Source of the DNA: a virus
Virus record (IMG/VR): IMGVR_UViG_3300045988_085035
DNA length: 60,719 bases
Strand: one strand, 5' to 3'
Positions 26,277 to 35,381 of the stretch are shown here, in pieces. A program made the position numbers and the translations under genes. Numbering within the stretch: the stretch's first letter is position 1; every line of letters starts with the position of its first letter. Under the pieces are notes generated by a model. The model worked only from the letters and a program-made list of their open reading frames with translations, ran no database searches and was not told the origin of the DNA.

Positions 26277-26356
26277 ATTCATGTTAATGATTCTAAAGGT
26301 AGACCTAAAAAATATTCAATATAATAACAAGCCTGTAATTTAATTATGGGATATTT

Positions 26357-26391
26357 AAAAGAGAACTAATGTTTGCAATAGTTCTCTTTTT
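26357..26391 (+). terminator. Intrinsic terminator after the moron
   Basis: AAAGAGAAC-14 nt loop-GTTCTCTTT followed by TT. Confidence 0.7.
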
Positions 26392-26392
26392 A

Positions 26393-26515
26393 GTTTACAT
26401 AAAACGTAACAAAAAGCGTAACATTATTTTCTAATAGACTTATACAACAGAGGGATTAGGGGATTATAGTACTCCCTATTCTCCCTAATGCGAACACGTC
26501 TATACACGCGCGAGG
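26393..26515 (+). repeat. GTAAC-array repeat, copy 2 (short form, about 123 bp)
   Basis: Shares the first roughly 35 nt (GTTTACATAAAACGTAACAAAAAGCGTAACA) and the last roughly 95 nt (TTTCTAATAGACTTATACAACAGAGGGATTAGGGGATTATAGTACTCCCTATTCTCCCTAAT...GTCTATACACGCGCGAG) with copies 1 and 3. The central array is missing. Confidence 0.85.
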
Positions 26516-28050
26516 AAAACGTAACAGGAGGTGAGAATACGAGCCTGTTTAAGAATTTTATAACACAGATTGGAAGGGTGGTCAGGAAATTGATACCATA
26601 TAAAAGTATTGAGCAGGTCGAAGATATTCAGACCTCTCTATCCACAGATATGACGAATGCATTGGATCGTTGGTATCGGCTGTATCGTAACGAAGCCCCA
26701 TGGCTGGAGCCGGGGAAAGTAAAATCCTTAAATCTTCCGGCATTGGTCAGCTCAGAGATTGCAAGACAGGTAACACTTGAGATGAAGTGGAGCATCACCG
26801 GCAAAAACAAAAACGGCGAGATCAGGGGCGAAGACGGAAAAGACATCATGAACCCCAGAGCAGAGTATCTGAAAGCAGAATTTGAAAAGTGTGTTGACAT
26901 CTTGCGGCAGAAACTGGAACAGGGATGCGCAGCAGGTGGCATGATAATCAAGCCTTATCCAAATGTACAGGACGGGCATTTATACTTTGACTGGACAATG
27001 GATTGGTCAGTTTATCCTATCGCTTTCGACGACGATGGGAACTTGTGTGATGTAGTTATCCCAGATGTATTTACTGAGGGGAAAACCACTTATACACGCT
27101 TGGAACGTCATACGGTTGATGGTTCCAATGTGAAGATCACGCACAGAGCTTTTATGTCAACTGTACCGGAAAGCATTGGCAGGGAAATCCCGCTGACGAT
27201 GGTTGAGCGTTGGGCTTCACTTGCACCGGAAGCGACCGTCACAGATACAGACGGTGTGCTGTTTGGTTGGTATAAAGTAGCAGCGGCAAACAATGTGGAT
27301 GTAGACAGTCCTATGGGGGCTTCGGTGTTCTGTAAAGCTGAAGATGTTATCGAAGAAGCGGATCAGCAGTGGTCACGTCTGCTTTGGGAGTTTGAAGGTT
27401 CAGAACTGGCAGTAGATGTTGACCCGACAGCATTACGTCCGCGAAGAAACGCAGACGGGCTGATGGAAACACCGAAATTGAATGAACGTCTGTTCCGACA
27501 GCTTGACATTGATAAAGGTGACCGAGACCTGTATGAAGTCTTTTCACCGAATATCCGTGATGCAAACCTTGTTAATGGGCTGAACCAGATTCTTTACCGA
27601 GTTGAGGACTTATGTGGACTGTCCAGAGGCACTATTGCAGATGTCAATGACACAGAGCGGACGGCTACAGAGCTGAAGATCAACAAGCAACGGTCTTATG
27701 CCACTATAGCAGACAATCAGAAGGCTCTGGAAGCCTGTTTAAGGAACGTTATCAGGGCAATGGATAAATATGCCACTGTCTATGGTTTAGCCCCTGAGGG
27801 GGACTATGACGTGTCCTTTGACTGGGATGATTCGATACTGACGGACAGAGATCAGCAGAATCAGGAGATGCTGATGCTATTAAATGCTGGTATCATCAGC
27901 AAAGTAGAATATCGAATGTGGTACTATGGCGAAACAAAAGCGCAGGCACAGGCAGCCATTGAAGAAGTACGACAGGAGCAGGCAGAGAGTATGATGTCCA
28001 TGCTTCCGGATATCGGACAGGCTAATTCACCGCCACCAGCGCCCGAATAA
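26488..28050 (+). CDS. Portal protein (SPP1 gp6-like by position and size)
   Basis: 520 aa, the first structural gene after the terminase. The start is uncertain: the ATG at 26488 lies inside repeat copy 2 with no SD, AGGAGG at 26524-26529 is followed by no canonical start codon, and the conserved part begins around SLFKNF. Confidence 0.7.
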   Translation: MRTRLYTREENVTGGENTSLFKNFITQIGRVVRKLIPYKSIEQVEDIQTSLSTDMTNALDRWYRLYRNEAPWLEPGKVKSLNLPALVSSEIARQVTLEMKWSITGKNKNGEIRGEDGKDIMNPRAEYLKAEFEKCVDILRQKLEQGCAAGGMIIKPYPNVQDGHLYFDWTMDWSVYPIAFDDDGNLCDVVIPDVFTEGKTTYTRLERHTVDGSNVKITHRAFMSTVPESIGREIPLTMVERWASLAPEATVTDTDGVLFGWYKVAAANNVDVDSPMGASVFCKAEDVIEEADQQWSRLLWEFEGSELAVDVDPTALRPRRNADGLMETPKLNERLFRQLDIDKGDRDLYEVFSPNIRDANLVNGLNQILYRVEDLCGLSRGTIADVNDTERTATELKINKQRSYATIADNQKALEACLRNVIRAMDKYATVYGLAPEGDYDVSFDWDDSILTDRDQQNQEMLMLLNAGIISKVEYRMWYYGETKAQAQAAIEEVRQEQAESMMSMLPDIGQANSPPPAPE

Positions 28051-28063
28051 GGAGGCGTGATGT

Positions 28064-29218
28064 ATGCTGAATCAATCCAAATTGAATAAGGCTCTAAATA
28101 TATTGTTGAAGCGGTTCGAGGATGTGAACCGTTTTTTTGTGCTAAAAATTGCAGATCAGATAAAGAAAATCGGCGGTTTGAGCCAGACCAACATAAACCG
28201 GCTCATGATTATGGCAAGCATGAATGCAGATATGATCGCCATCAACAAACAGCTGGCAGATGCGGTCAACATGGGGACCGCCGATATTTTTAAAATCTAC
28301 AATAATGCAATGAACGATGTTTACACAGATCCGGCATTCTCTCAGGTGCTTAATCAAACCCCCCTTACTGCTGCACAACAGGGCCGATTAAATCAGTATG
28401 TTCAGTCGGTCAGTATGCAGACTGCAGGTACTATCCAGAATCTGTCCAATACGACAGCGTTATCTAAGACATATATGGAGGCAGTCGATAAGGCAGTACT
28501 GGCAGTGTCCTCAGGACTGGGGGACTATAAGAGTGCTACACGGGAGATTGTGCGAAGCCTGGGATACAACGGGATGCAGGTACACTATGAAAGCGGGTAT
28601 CACCGCCGACTGGATACTGCAGTTCGCCAGAACATCATAGACGGTGCGAATCAGATAGCTCAGAACGGTTCAATTCTTATGGGGGAGATGCTTGGATTCG
28701 ATGCTTATGAGATATCTGCTCATGCAAGGAGCGCACCAGATCATGAGCCAGTACAGGGCAGAGTATTCCTGAAAGCTGATTTTGAGAATATGCAGAAGGG
28801 TTTACCGTTCCGGGATGTGGACGGGCATATGTATCAGCCATTTAAGCGACCTATTGGTGAGTGGAACTGTATGCATATTGCAATGAGCTTTTCAACCAAA
28901 CATTCTGTTCGCCGGTATACGGATGCGCAGCTGGCACAGTGGGCGGCAGATAATCAGAAGGGCTGTGAGATTGATGGAAAGCACTATACAATCTATCAGG
29001 CTTCGCAGCTTATGAGAAAGATTGAAACAGAGGTACGGCGGCAGAAAGATACCGCAAACATGGCAAGGCAAGCAGGGGACGATGCTCTCAGGCAGCAGTG
29101 CCAGGTAAAAATAAATGCTCTTGGTGCGAAGTATGCACAGGTTGTGAAAGAATCTGGTATTGCATCAAAGGAAGACCGTATGATAGTTGAAGGCTTCAGA
29201 GCCGTAAAAGTGAAATAG
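28064..29218 (+). CDS. Minor head protein (SPP1 gp7 / Mu F-like head morphogenesis family)
   Basis: Position directly after the portal gene. [18 protein letters not shown]...EWNCMH resembles the MuF core. Confidence 0.65.
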   Translation: MLNQSKLNKALNILLKRFEDVNRFFVLKIADQIKKIGGLSQTNINRLMIMASMNADMIAINKQLADAVNMGTADIFKIYNNAMNDVYTDPAFSQVLNQTPLTAAQQGRLNQYVQSVSMQTAGTIQNLSNTTALSKTYMEAVDKAVLAVSSGLGDYKSATREIVRSLGYNGMQVHYESGYHRRLDTAVRQNIIDGANQIAQNGSILMGEMLGFDAYEISAHARSAPDHEPVQGRVFLKADFENMQKGLPFRDVDGHMYQPFKRPIGEWNCMHIAMSFSTKHSVRRYTDAQLAQWAADNQKGCEIDGKHYTIYQASQLMRKIETEVRRQKDTANMARQAGDDALRQQCQVKINALGAKYAQVVKESGIASKEDRMIVEGFRAVKVK

Positions 29219-29235
29219 ACAGGAGGAAAAAGATA

Positions 29236-29637
29236 ATGAAAAAATTATCGACTATTCAGAAGAGAGAAAAATTAAATGATGTTTTTGCAGTAGATGAAGA
29301 AGGCCCCGGCGGCGCGAATCATCTGTACGTGATTTACAAGAACGGGTCAGCAGTACTGGAAGATGGGGACACATCTTTACGTGGCAAACCAGAGGATCTG
29401 CTTCTTACCGTACAGATGCAGTGCGGACCGCGAAAAGAAGCTGATTCTCTGCACGGTGTAATTGATACTGATTTACTGGAAATTGTGCGTGACCGTCTGA
29501 AAGCATTTCAGGCAGGACCATTTTCTTCCAGAGAAAACGCATGTGCTCTCACTCACATTGAAGAAGCTCTTATGTGGCTTAATCGCAGAGTTGAGGATCG
29601 TATCGAGAGAGATGTGCTTGGCAAGAATCAGAAATAG
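29236..29637 (+). CDS. Hypothetical protein (non-structural insertion in the head module)
   Basis: [18 protein letters not shown]...[39 protein letters not shown] looks like a conserved phage family I cannot name. Confidence 0.45.
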   Translation: MKKLSTIQKREKLNDVFAVDEEGPGGANHLYVIYKNGSAVLEDGDTSLRGKPEDLLLTVQMQCGPRKEADSLHGVIDTDLLEIVRDRLKAFQAGPFSSRENACALTHIEEALMWLNRRVEDRIERDVLGKNQK

Positions 29638-29649
29638 GAGGGTGACTGG

Positions 29650-29970
29650 ATGAAAGCTATGTTATCACAGCCGATGGCCGGAAAAACTGATGAGGAAATT
29701 GTTGCAACGAGAGAAAAGGCAATTAAAGTCTTAAAAGAAAAAGGGTATGAGATTGTTAATACTCTTTTTACGGATGACTGGTACAGTGATAAGAGCATGA
29801 AGGCAAGAGGAGTTGTACAGATTCCGTTATGTTTTCTTGCGAAATCTTTAGAGAACATGAGTCTTTGCCACGCTGCTTATTTTTGTAAGGGTTGGGAAAA
29901 AGCACGCGGATGCCGTATTGAACATGATGCGGCGGTTGCGTATGGATTAACAATTATTTATGAGGAATAA
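29650..29970 (+). CDS. DUF4406 / nucleoside 2-deoxyribosyltransferase-like protein
   Basis: The MLSQPMAGKTDEEIVATREKAIKVLKEKGYEIVNT N-terminus is typical of this fold family. Recalled, not verified. Confidence 0.45.
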   Translation: MKAMLSQPMAGKTDEEIVATREKAIKVLKEKGYEIVNTLFTDDWYSDKSMKARGVVQIPLCFLAKSLENMSLCHAAYFCKGWEKARGCRIEHDAAVAYGLTIIYEE

Positions 29971-30029
29971 TACAGCTCTCTAAGTGGGGGCTTTTCTTAT
30001 GTCAAATTCTAAGGAGGAGCACATGGTAA

Positions 30030-30203
30030 ATGCGAAAAGTGGTTTTAGTTAGCCGCTTGGCGGCTGGGTATGATGCGGACAGATTTGTTTTTATCTACGA
30101 TGATTTGAAAGCTGTACGGTTCTATGGGAACAGACTCTCAGACGATCAGGCAAAATCACTATTCCGGCAGGAATTGATATCTAATGGTATTTACAGCGAA
30201 TAA
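30030..30203 (+). CDS. Small hypothetical protein (57 aa, below the ORF-track cutoff)
   Basis: Hand-translated MRKVVLVSRLAAGYDADRFVFIYDDLKAVRFYGNRLSDDQAKSLFRQELISNGIYSE. The SD AAGGAGG is 12 nt upstream, which is long. Confidence 0.3.
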   Translation: MRKVVLVSRLAAGYDADRFVFIYDDLKAVRFYGNRLSDDQAKSLFRQELISNGIYSE

Positions 30204-30311
30204 GCTGAGTACAAATTACCCAGCGTTGCAGGGTTCTAAATGCGACGGTGTGTCAACCGCAGAGTGGCTGCGGATATATAAATTAAATCGAACATACAGG
30301 AGGAGAAGCAG

Positions 30312-30980
30312 ATGGATTTTTTGAAAGAATTTTTTGGTGATGGGGCATTAACCTACGAGCAGCTTCTGGAAAAAGTACAGGAGAATAAATTGAAGGTCGT
30401 GAACATTGCAGACGGTTCCTATGTAAGTCGTGACAAATTCAATGATAAGGTTGATTCCTTGAAACAGCAGGTAGCAGACCTTCAGGGTCAGGTTACTCAG
30501 CGTGACACTGATCTGGCAGGACTCAATGAAAAACTCACAGCTGCACAGGCAGACGCAAGTAAGCTCTCAGATGCACAGGCAGAACTTACCCGCTTACAGT
30601 CCAAGTATGAGACAGACAAGCAGGAATGGGAAGCAAAGAGCGCAAGACAGGCATATGAGTTTATGGTTCGTGAGCGTGCTAACGCCCTGAAATTCACATC
30701 ACCAGCAGCAAAGAGAGACTTTATTGGACAGGCCAATGAAAAAGGCTTCAAAGTGGATGGCGAATCTCTGTTAGGTTATAATGATTTCGTAGCTAAGTAC
30801 ACAGCAGACAATCCGGGGGCACTGGTAGAGGAAAAACCGGCAGGCGATCCGACACCTACACCACCGACAATCGTTATCCCGAATAATGGTCCAAAAGTAT
30901 CTCAGAAAAAAGGACTCATGGAAATGATGAAAGCCAAAAATGAAAACCCAAATATGGTAGTTGATTTTGGCGACAAATAA
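30312..30980 (+). CDS. Scaffolding protein
   Basis: Coiled-coil-rich 222-aa protein directly upstream of the major capsid gene. Confidence 0.7.
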   Translation: MDFLKEFFGDGALTYEQLLEKVQENKLKVVNIADGSYVSRDKFNDKVDSLKQQVADLQGQVTQRDTDLAGLNEKLTAAQADASKLSDAQAELTRLQSKYETDKQEWEAKSARQAYEFMVRERANALKFTSPAAKRDFIGQANEKGFKVDGESLLGYNDFVAKYTADNPGALVEEKPAGDPTPTPPTIVIPNNGPKVSQKKGLMEMMKAKNENPNMVVDFGDK

Positions 30981-30997
30981 GAAAGGAAAAATAAATA

Positions 30998-32080
30998 ATG
31001 GCATTTTTCGATTCTAAAATCTTCAATGGTGAGGTATTCCAGAAATATGTGGAAGGACTTCCAAACCCAAATAAAACAGAACTTATTAAATCCCGTGCGA
31101 TTCGTCCACGTCAGGATCTGGCAAGCGCAATGTCCGATCAGGTAGGTGGCAACTATATCACCACACCTCTGACTGGTCTTATCAGCGGTACAGAGGCACA
31201 GAACTATGACGGCTCTACAAATATTGAATCCCACAACACAAAGACATTCAGTCACTCCCGTGTCGTAGTTGGCAGATCTAACGGATGGACTGAGCGTGAT
31301 TTCAGCTATGACATCACTGGTGGTAAAGACTTCCTTGAAGTTGTTGCAGAACAGATTGCAACATACTGGGATGAAATTGACCAGGCTACCATTGTCCACA
31401 TCTTAAACGGTATCTTCAAAATGGCCGACAAAGAGGGCAAGAAGTTCGTAGATGCCCACAGCTATGATGTAACCGGAAAGACCAACAGCGAAGGAACTCT
31501 TGGCTGCATGGATGGCACTACTCTCAATACAGGTATGCAGAGAGCCTGTGGTGACAACAAGGGCAAATTCTCTCTTGCTATCATGCATTCTGCAGTAGCA
31601 ACAAACCTCGAAAACCTTCGCCTTCTGGCATATCTGAAATACACCGACGAAAACGGTATGCAGCGTGATCTTGCCATTGGTACTCTGAATGGACGCACAG
31701 TCCTCATTGACGATACTATGCCAACTGAGGAGGTAGCCGAGTCTTCTTCTGGTAAGGGCGATGGCTACACAAAGTACACCACTTATGTACTGGGAGATGG
31801 AGCTATCGAGTACACAGACTGCGGTGCTAAGGTTCCGTATGAAATGGATCGTGATCCGGCGAAAAATGGTGGTGAAGATACTCTGTATTCCAGACAGCGT
31901 AAGTGTTTCGCGCCTTACGGTATCAGCTTTACCAAAAAGTCTATGTCTTCTCTGTCTCCAACAAATGCAGAGCTTGAGACTGGAACAAACTGGGTGCTTG
32001 TAAACTCTGGTGACGGGTCTAACACTGAGTATATTGCTCACAAGATGATTCCGATCGCACGTATCATCTCCAGAGGCTGA
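30998..32080 (+). CDS. Major capsid protein
   Basis: 360 aa, following the scaffold gene with a strong SD. Call based on position and size. Confidence 0.75.
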   Translation: MAFFDSKIFNGEVFQKYVEGLPNPNKTELIKSRAIRPRQDLASAMSDQVGGNYITTPLTGLISGTEAQNYDGSTNIESHNTKTFSHSRVVVGRSNGWTERDFSYDITGGKDFLEVVAEQIATYWDEIDQATIVHILNGIFKMADKEGKKFVDAHSYDVTGKTNSEGTLGCMDGTTLNTGMQRACGDNKGKFSLAIMHSAVATNLENLRLLAYLKYTDENGMQRDLAIGTLNGRTVLIDDTMPTEEVAESSSGKGDGYTKYTTYVLGDGAIEYTDCGAKVPYEMDRDPAKNGGEDTLYSRQRKCFAPYGISFTKKSMSSLSPTNAELETGTNWVLVNSGDGSNTEYIAHKMIPIARIISRG

Positions 32081-32099
32081 TCCTGAAAGGAGGGCATGT

Positions 32100-32480
32100 A
32101 TGTATCTCACTTACGAAGAGTATAAAGCCTATGGCGGCACGCTCTCTGAAACGGATTTTACCGTGATGGAGTTCAAGTGCCGCAAAAGAATTGACAAGTT
32201 AACCGACTGTCGGGTACAGAAGATGTCTTCCGTACCCGAAGCCGTTAAGTTGTGCGTAATGTCGTTGATTAAGCTGGAAAGTGCTGTAGGGACAGAAGCA
32301 CAGGCAGAGAACCCGGTTGTTACCTCTTTCAGTACAGATGGGTACTCCGAATCCTACGGGAAAGCTATGGGCGTTTCTGATGCATCTACGGCAATGAACA
32401 GTACTGTTTATTCCATGCTCTACGGCGAGCTGGATGACAACGGTGTACCTCTGTTATATCGGGGGGTGACTGGCTATTGA
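32100..32480 (+). CDS. Head-tail connector (adaptor) protein candidate
   Basis: Position after the capsid gene; 126 aa. Confidence 0.5.
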   Translation: MYLTYEEYKAYGGTLSETDFTVMEFKCRKRIDKLTDCRVQKMSSVPEAVKLCVMSLIKLESAVGTEAQAENPVVTSFSTDGYSESYGKAMGVSDASTAMNSTVYSMLYGELDDNGVPLLYRGVTGY

Positions 32481-32884
32481 GGCTGTGCAATGAAACTATA
32501 ACAGTATTCAATTCCAGACTGGATGAAGAATCAGGGATGGATACCTACCACCACACTGTTATATCTGGCGTGTCCTGGTACAGCGACATTGCCGCGAATG
32601 TAGAGGGCGATGGTGGGTTAAAAGCTGCCAATAAATTTACAATCCGCATACCGGTTGATGCGGATTTTTCTGGTAAGGCATACGCAGATCCGATTGCATA
32701 TGCAGGAGGTGATCCTAACTATCTATTCACCCTTAAAAACGGTGACATCATTGTACGTGGAGCTGTAAATGAGGATTTACGTCCCGCTGAATTGAAAAAG
32801 ATCTGTCCGGAAGTCGTTACAATTCTTGGCGTGACTGACGACAGAAGAGCCAGAGCGAAGCACTGGAAGGTGGTGGGGGCCTGA
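32477..32884 (+). CDS. Head closure / head-tail joining protein candidate
   Basis: TTG start overlapping the upstream stop. Call based on position. Confidence 0.45.
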   Translation: MRLCNETITVFNSRLDEESGMDTYHHTVISGVSWYSDIAANVEGDGGLKAANKFTIRIPVDADFSGKAYADPIAYAGGDPNYLFTLKNGDIIVRGAVNEDLRPAELKKICPEVVTILGVTDDRRARAKHWKVVGA

Positions 32885-33357
32885 TGCTGAAGCTGAAAGT
32901 TAAAATGGACCTTGACCGGAAACTGACGGATGATGAAGCACTAAAGAAAGCTCATCTGGAAAAAGGTGGTTTGGTGCAGCAGTCTATTGATAAATCAGTT
33001 ATCGACTGGGATCTGCAATACGCACCATGGGATACCGGCACTTTAGCGAAAAGTCCGTATAGTGTGACTGAAATTGGCAGTGGTGAGGTTATCTATCCCG
33101 GACCATATGCCCGTTACCTCTATTATGGTGAGGTCATGGGTCCGAATATTCCAGTATTCGATGATAATTCGGGTATACCTACACGATTCTGGTCACCACC
33201 GGGAAAACCCAAAAAGCTGACAGGCAGACAGCTTCAGTACAATACGGACATAAATCCGTTGGCAGGCTCTTTCTGGTTTGCGCGAATGAAGGCAGACCAC
33301 AAAGACGATATTGTAAAGGAGGCTCAGAGAGTTGCCGGACTTAAAAAAGTTAAATAA
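32884..33357 (+). CDS. Neck / tail-completion protein candidate (HK97 gp10-like position)
   Basis: Its ATG overlaps the upstream TGA. Call based on position. Confidence 0.45.
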   Translation: MLKLKVKMDLDRKLTDDEALKKAHLEKGGLVQQSIDKSVIDWDLQYAPWDTGTLAKSPYSVTEIGSGEVIYPGPYARYLYYGEVMGPNIPVFDDNSGIPTRFWSPPGKPKKLTGRQLQYNTDINPLAGSFWFARMKADHKDDIVKEAQRVAGLKKVK

Positions 33358-33358
33358 C

Positions 33359-33781
33359 ATGGAACAGCTCCGAACTTGGTTTCGGAGCTGTCCTTTTTTG
33401 CAGAAAAATTCAAGATTTCGCGTGGATCATCTGGCAGAGAATCCGACAGAGTATGCGCTTTATGCGGTGCCGTCTGCGATTAACTGCAAAGAGAACATTT
33501 TAGGGGAGAAAATACCGCTTAAAATTCAGACTCTTGACTACATTTTTGCATCCAGAGAATCCTACGGTGCTGATGTGCAACAGAACTTGGCAAACCTGGG
33601 CTTTTACGATGCAGTTGTATCTTGGATTTTTGAACAAAATGCACTGCGAAATTTCCCTGAGATCAATGAGGGCACCGTGGAATCTATCGTTCCTACATTA
33701 ACCTCATATCCGGCAGAGGCCGGAAGCAGTGCAGCAAAGTATCAGATACAGTTGAAGCTTACTTACAAAATGAATTTATGA
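33359..33781 (+). CDS. Tail terminator candidate
   Basis: ATG at 33359 (MEQLRTWF) immediately after the upstream stop. Call based on position. Confidence 0.45.
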   Translation: MEQLRTWFRSCPFLQKNSRFRVDHLAENPTEYALYAVPSAINCKENILGEKIPLKIQTLDYIFASRESYGADVQQNLANLGFYDAVVSWIFEQNALRNFPEINEGTVESIVPTLTSYPAEAGSSAAKYQIQLKLTYKMNL

Positions 33782-33794
33782 CAGGAGTGAAAGC

Positions 33795-34322
33795 ATGAAT
33801 AAATTAGATATGAATTTACAGAAATTTGCGGGTGAGGTAAAGGGTCAGATCGACAGAAAGTATATGGCTCATTTCCTTGATTCCAGTTTTGGTAGCGAAA
33901 CACCAAATTGGGTAAGACTGGGTAAGGATTTAGAAGAGTACAATGTAGAACTTAACCCGGATACAGAATCTAAGAAGAACATTCTTGGAAACACGACTAT
34001 GAAGCATAACGGATATAATCCGACCTCTGAGGCAGATCCGTTCTATGCAAACGTCGGTGATCCGCTCTTTGAGCACTTACAGGATATCATCGACACTCTG
34101 ACAAAGGATGATGGCTGCAAAACAAAAGCTTTAGAGGTTCATATGTGGGATGGTGACGAGACTTCCGGTTATAAGGCCGTTATGCAGGAGTGCATGGTGA
34201 TTCCGAAATCCTACGGCGGTAATACTTCCGGATACCAGATTCCGTTCGAGGTCACATATATCGGTGATAAGACCAAAGGTACCTATTCACCAAAAACAAA
34301 GACATTCACAGCAACCGTGTGA
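33795..34322 (+). CDS. Major tail protein
   Basis: 175 aa, upstream of the chaperone pair and the tape measure gene. Confidence 0.65.
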   Translation: MNKLDMNLQKFAGEVKGQIDRKYMAHFLDSSFGSETPNWVRLGKDLEEYNVELNPDTESKKNILGNTTMKHNGYNPTSEADPFYANVGDPLFEHLQDIIDTLTKDDGCKTKALEVHMWDGDETSGYKAVMQECMVIPKSYGGNTSGYQIPFEVTYIGDKTKGTYSPKTKTFTATV

Positions 34323-34347
34323 GCATAATTAAGAAGGAGGTCATAAA

Positions 34348-34749
34348 ATGAGCAAAACATTGGCATTAAATGTTGATACAGGTAGCATTCTTGTAGAGGT
34401 AAAGGATAAAGGTGAAAAAATCGGGGAGTTTCGGTTTAATCCCTGTGATTTAGATATCGCAAAGAGATACGAGAAAGTTGCAGACGTATTAAGCAATCTT
34501 AAAGTGAGTGATGATCCTGATATGGATGAGGTCTTTGCATTCAGCGACAAGATCAAAGAGCAGTTTGATTATCTGCTTAATTATAAAGTTTCTGATGCAA
34601 TCTTTGCGAAGTGTAATCCTCTGACGCCTCTGGCTGATGGAGAGCTTTACTATGTTAAGGTTCTTGATGGCATTGTTGGGCTGTTTGAGCAGACAACAAA
34701 CCAGCGTATGAGTAAGATCAACGAAGCTACCGCAAAATACCGTAAATGA
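34348..34749 (+). CDS. Tail assembly chaperone
   Basis: Position between the major tail and tape measure genes; acidic 133-aa protein. Confidence 0.6.
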   Translation: MSKTLALNVDTGSILVEVKDKGEKIGEFRFNPCDLDIAKRYEKVADVLSNLKVSDDPDMDEVFAFSDKIKEQFDYLLNYKVSDAIFAKCNPLTPLADGELYYVKVLDGIVGLFEQTTNQRMSKINEATAKYRK

Positions 34750-35381
34750 ACATCTGGGAACTCCCCACTTCATTAAATGTCGCAGGCACGGACTATAAGA
34801 TTCGCTCAGATTTCAGAGCGATTCTTGACATTCTGAAATATTTCAGTGATCCGAATTACGACGATTATGAAAAATGGGAGATTTGCTTCACTATCCTCTA
34901 TGAAGATTATGAAAATATGCCGCCTTGTCAGAAAGAAAAAGCTGCCGAGGCGGCACTTTCATTTATAGATGCAGGAATGCCAGAAGAGGAAAAGAAAAAG
35001 CCCTCTACAATGGATTGGGAGCAGGACGGCCCTGTTATCATTCCCGCGGTAAATAAAATAATGGGGAAAGAGATTCGTTCGGTTCCATACCTACACTGGT
35101 GGACGTTTACGGGGGCTTACATGGAGATAGGGGATAGCCTTTTTAAACAGGTTTTAAGTATTCGGCAAAAGAAAAAATCTGGAGAACATCTGGAAAAATG
35201 GGAAAACAAATTTTATCAGGATAACAAAGCTCTGTGCGATTTGAAAGAGAAATACACAGATGCGGAGTTAAAAGAACAGGAACGGTTACTCAGGATATTA
35301 GACGGGGGAGGTGTAACATGGCAGAGCAGGCAGACGGATGTATCCGAATTGAAACTGCATTGGATACAAGTGGATTTATAG
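34746..35381 (+). CDS. Phage Gp15-family protein (second tail chaperone position)
   Basis: WELPTSLNVAGTDYKIRSDFRAILDILKYFSDPN resembles the Phage_Gp15 N-terminus. Its end overlaps the tape measure start. Confidence 0.6.
   Translation: MNIWELPTSLNVAGTDYKIRSDFRAILDILKYFSDPNYDDYEKWEICFTILYEDYENMPPCQKEKAAEAALSFIDAGMPEEEKKKPSTMDWEQDGPVIIPAVNKIMGKEIRSVPYLHWWTFTGAYMEIGDSLFKQVLSIRQKKKSGEHLEKWENKFYQDNKALCDLKEKYTDAELKEQERLLRILDGGGVTWQSRQTDVSELKLHWIQVDL

Noticed and set aside
31403-32110. 235-aa - strand ORF inside the major capsid gene, and similar antisense ORFs at 57056-57529, 57966-58490, 17898-18323, 10736-11164 and 43928-44377
   Set aside because: All lie fully within well-supported + strand genes, lack SD sequences and recognisable motifs, and would break the uniform + strand operon organisation.
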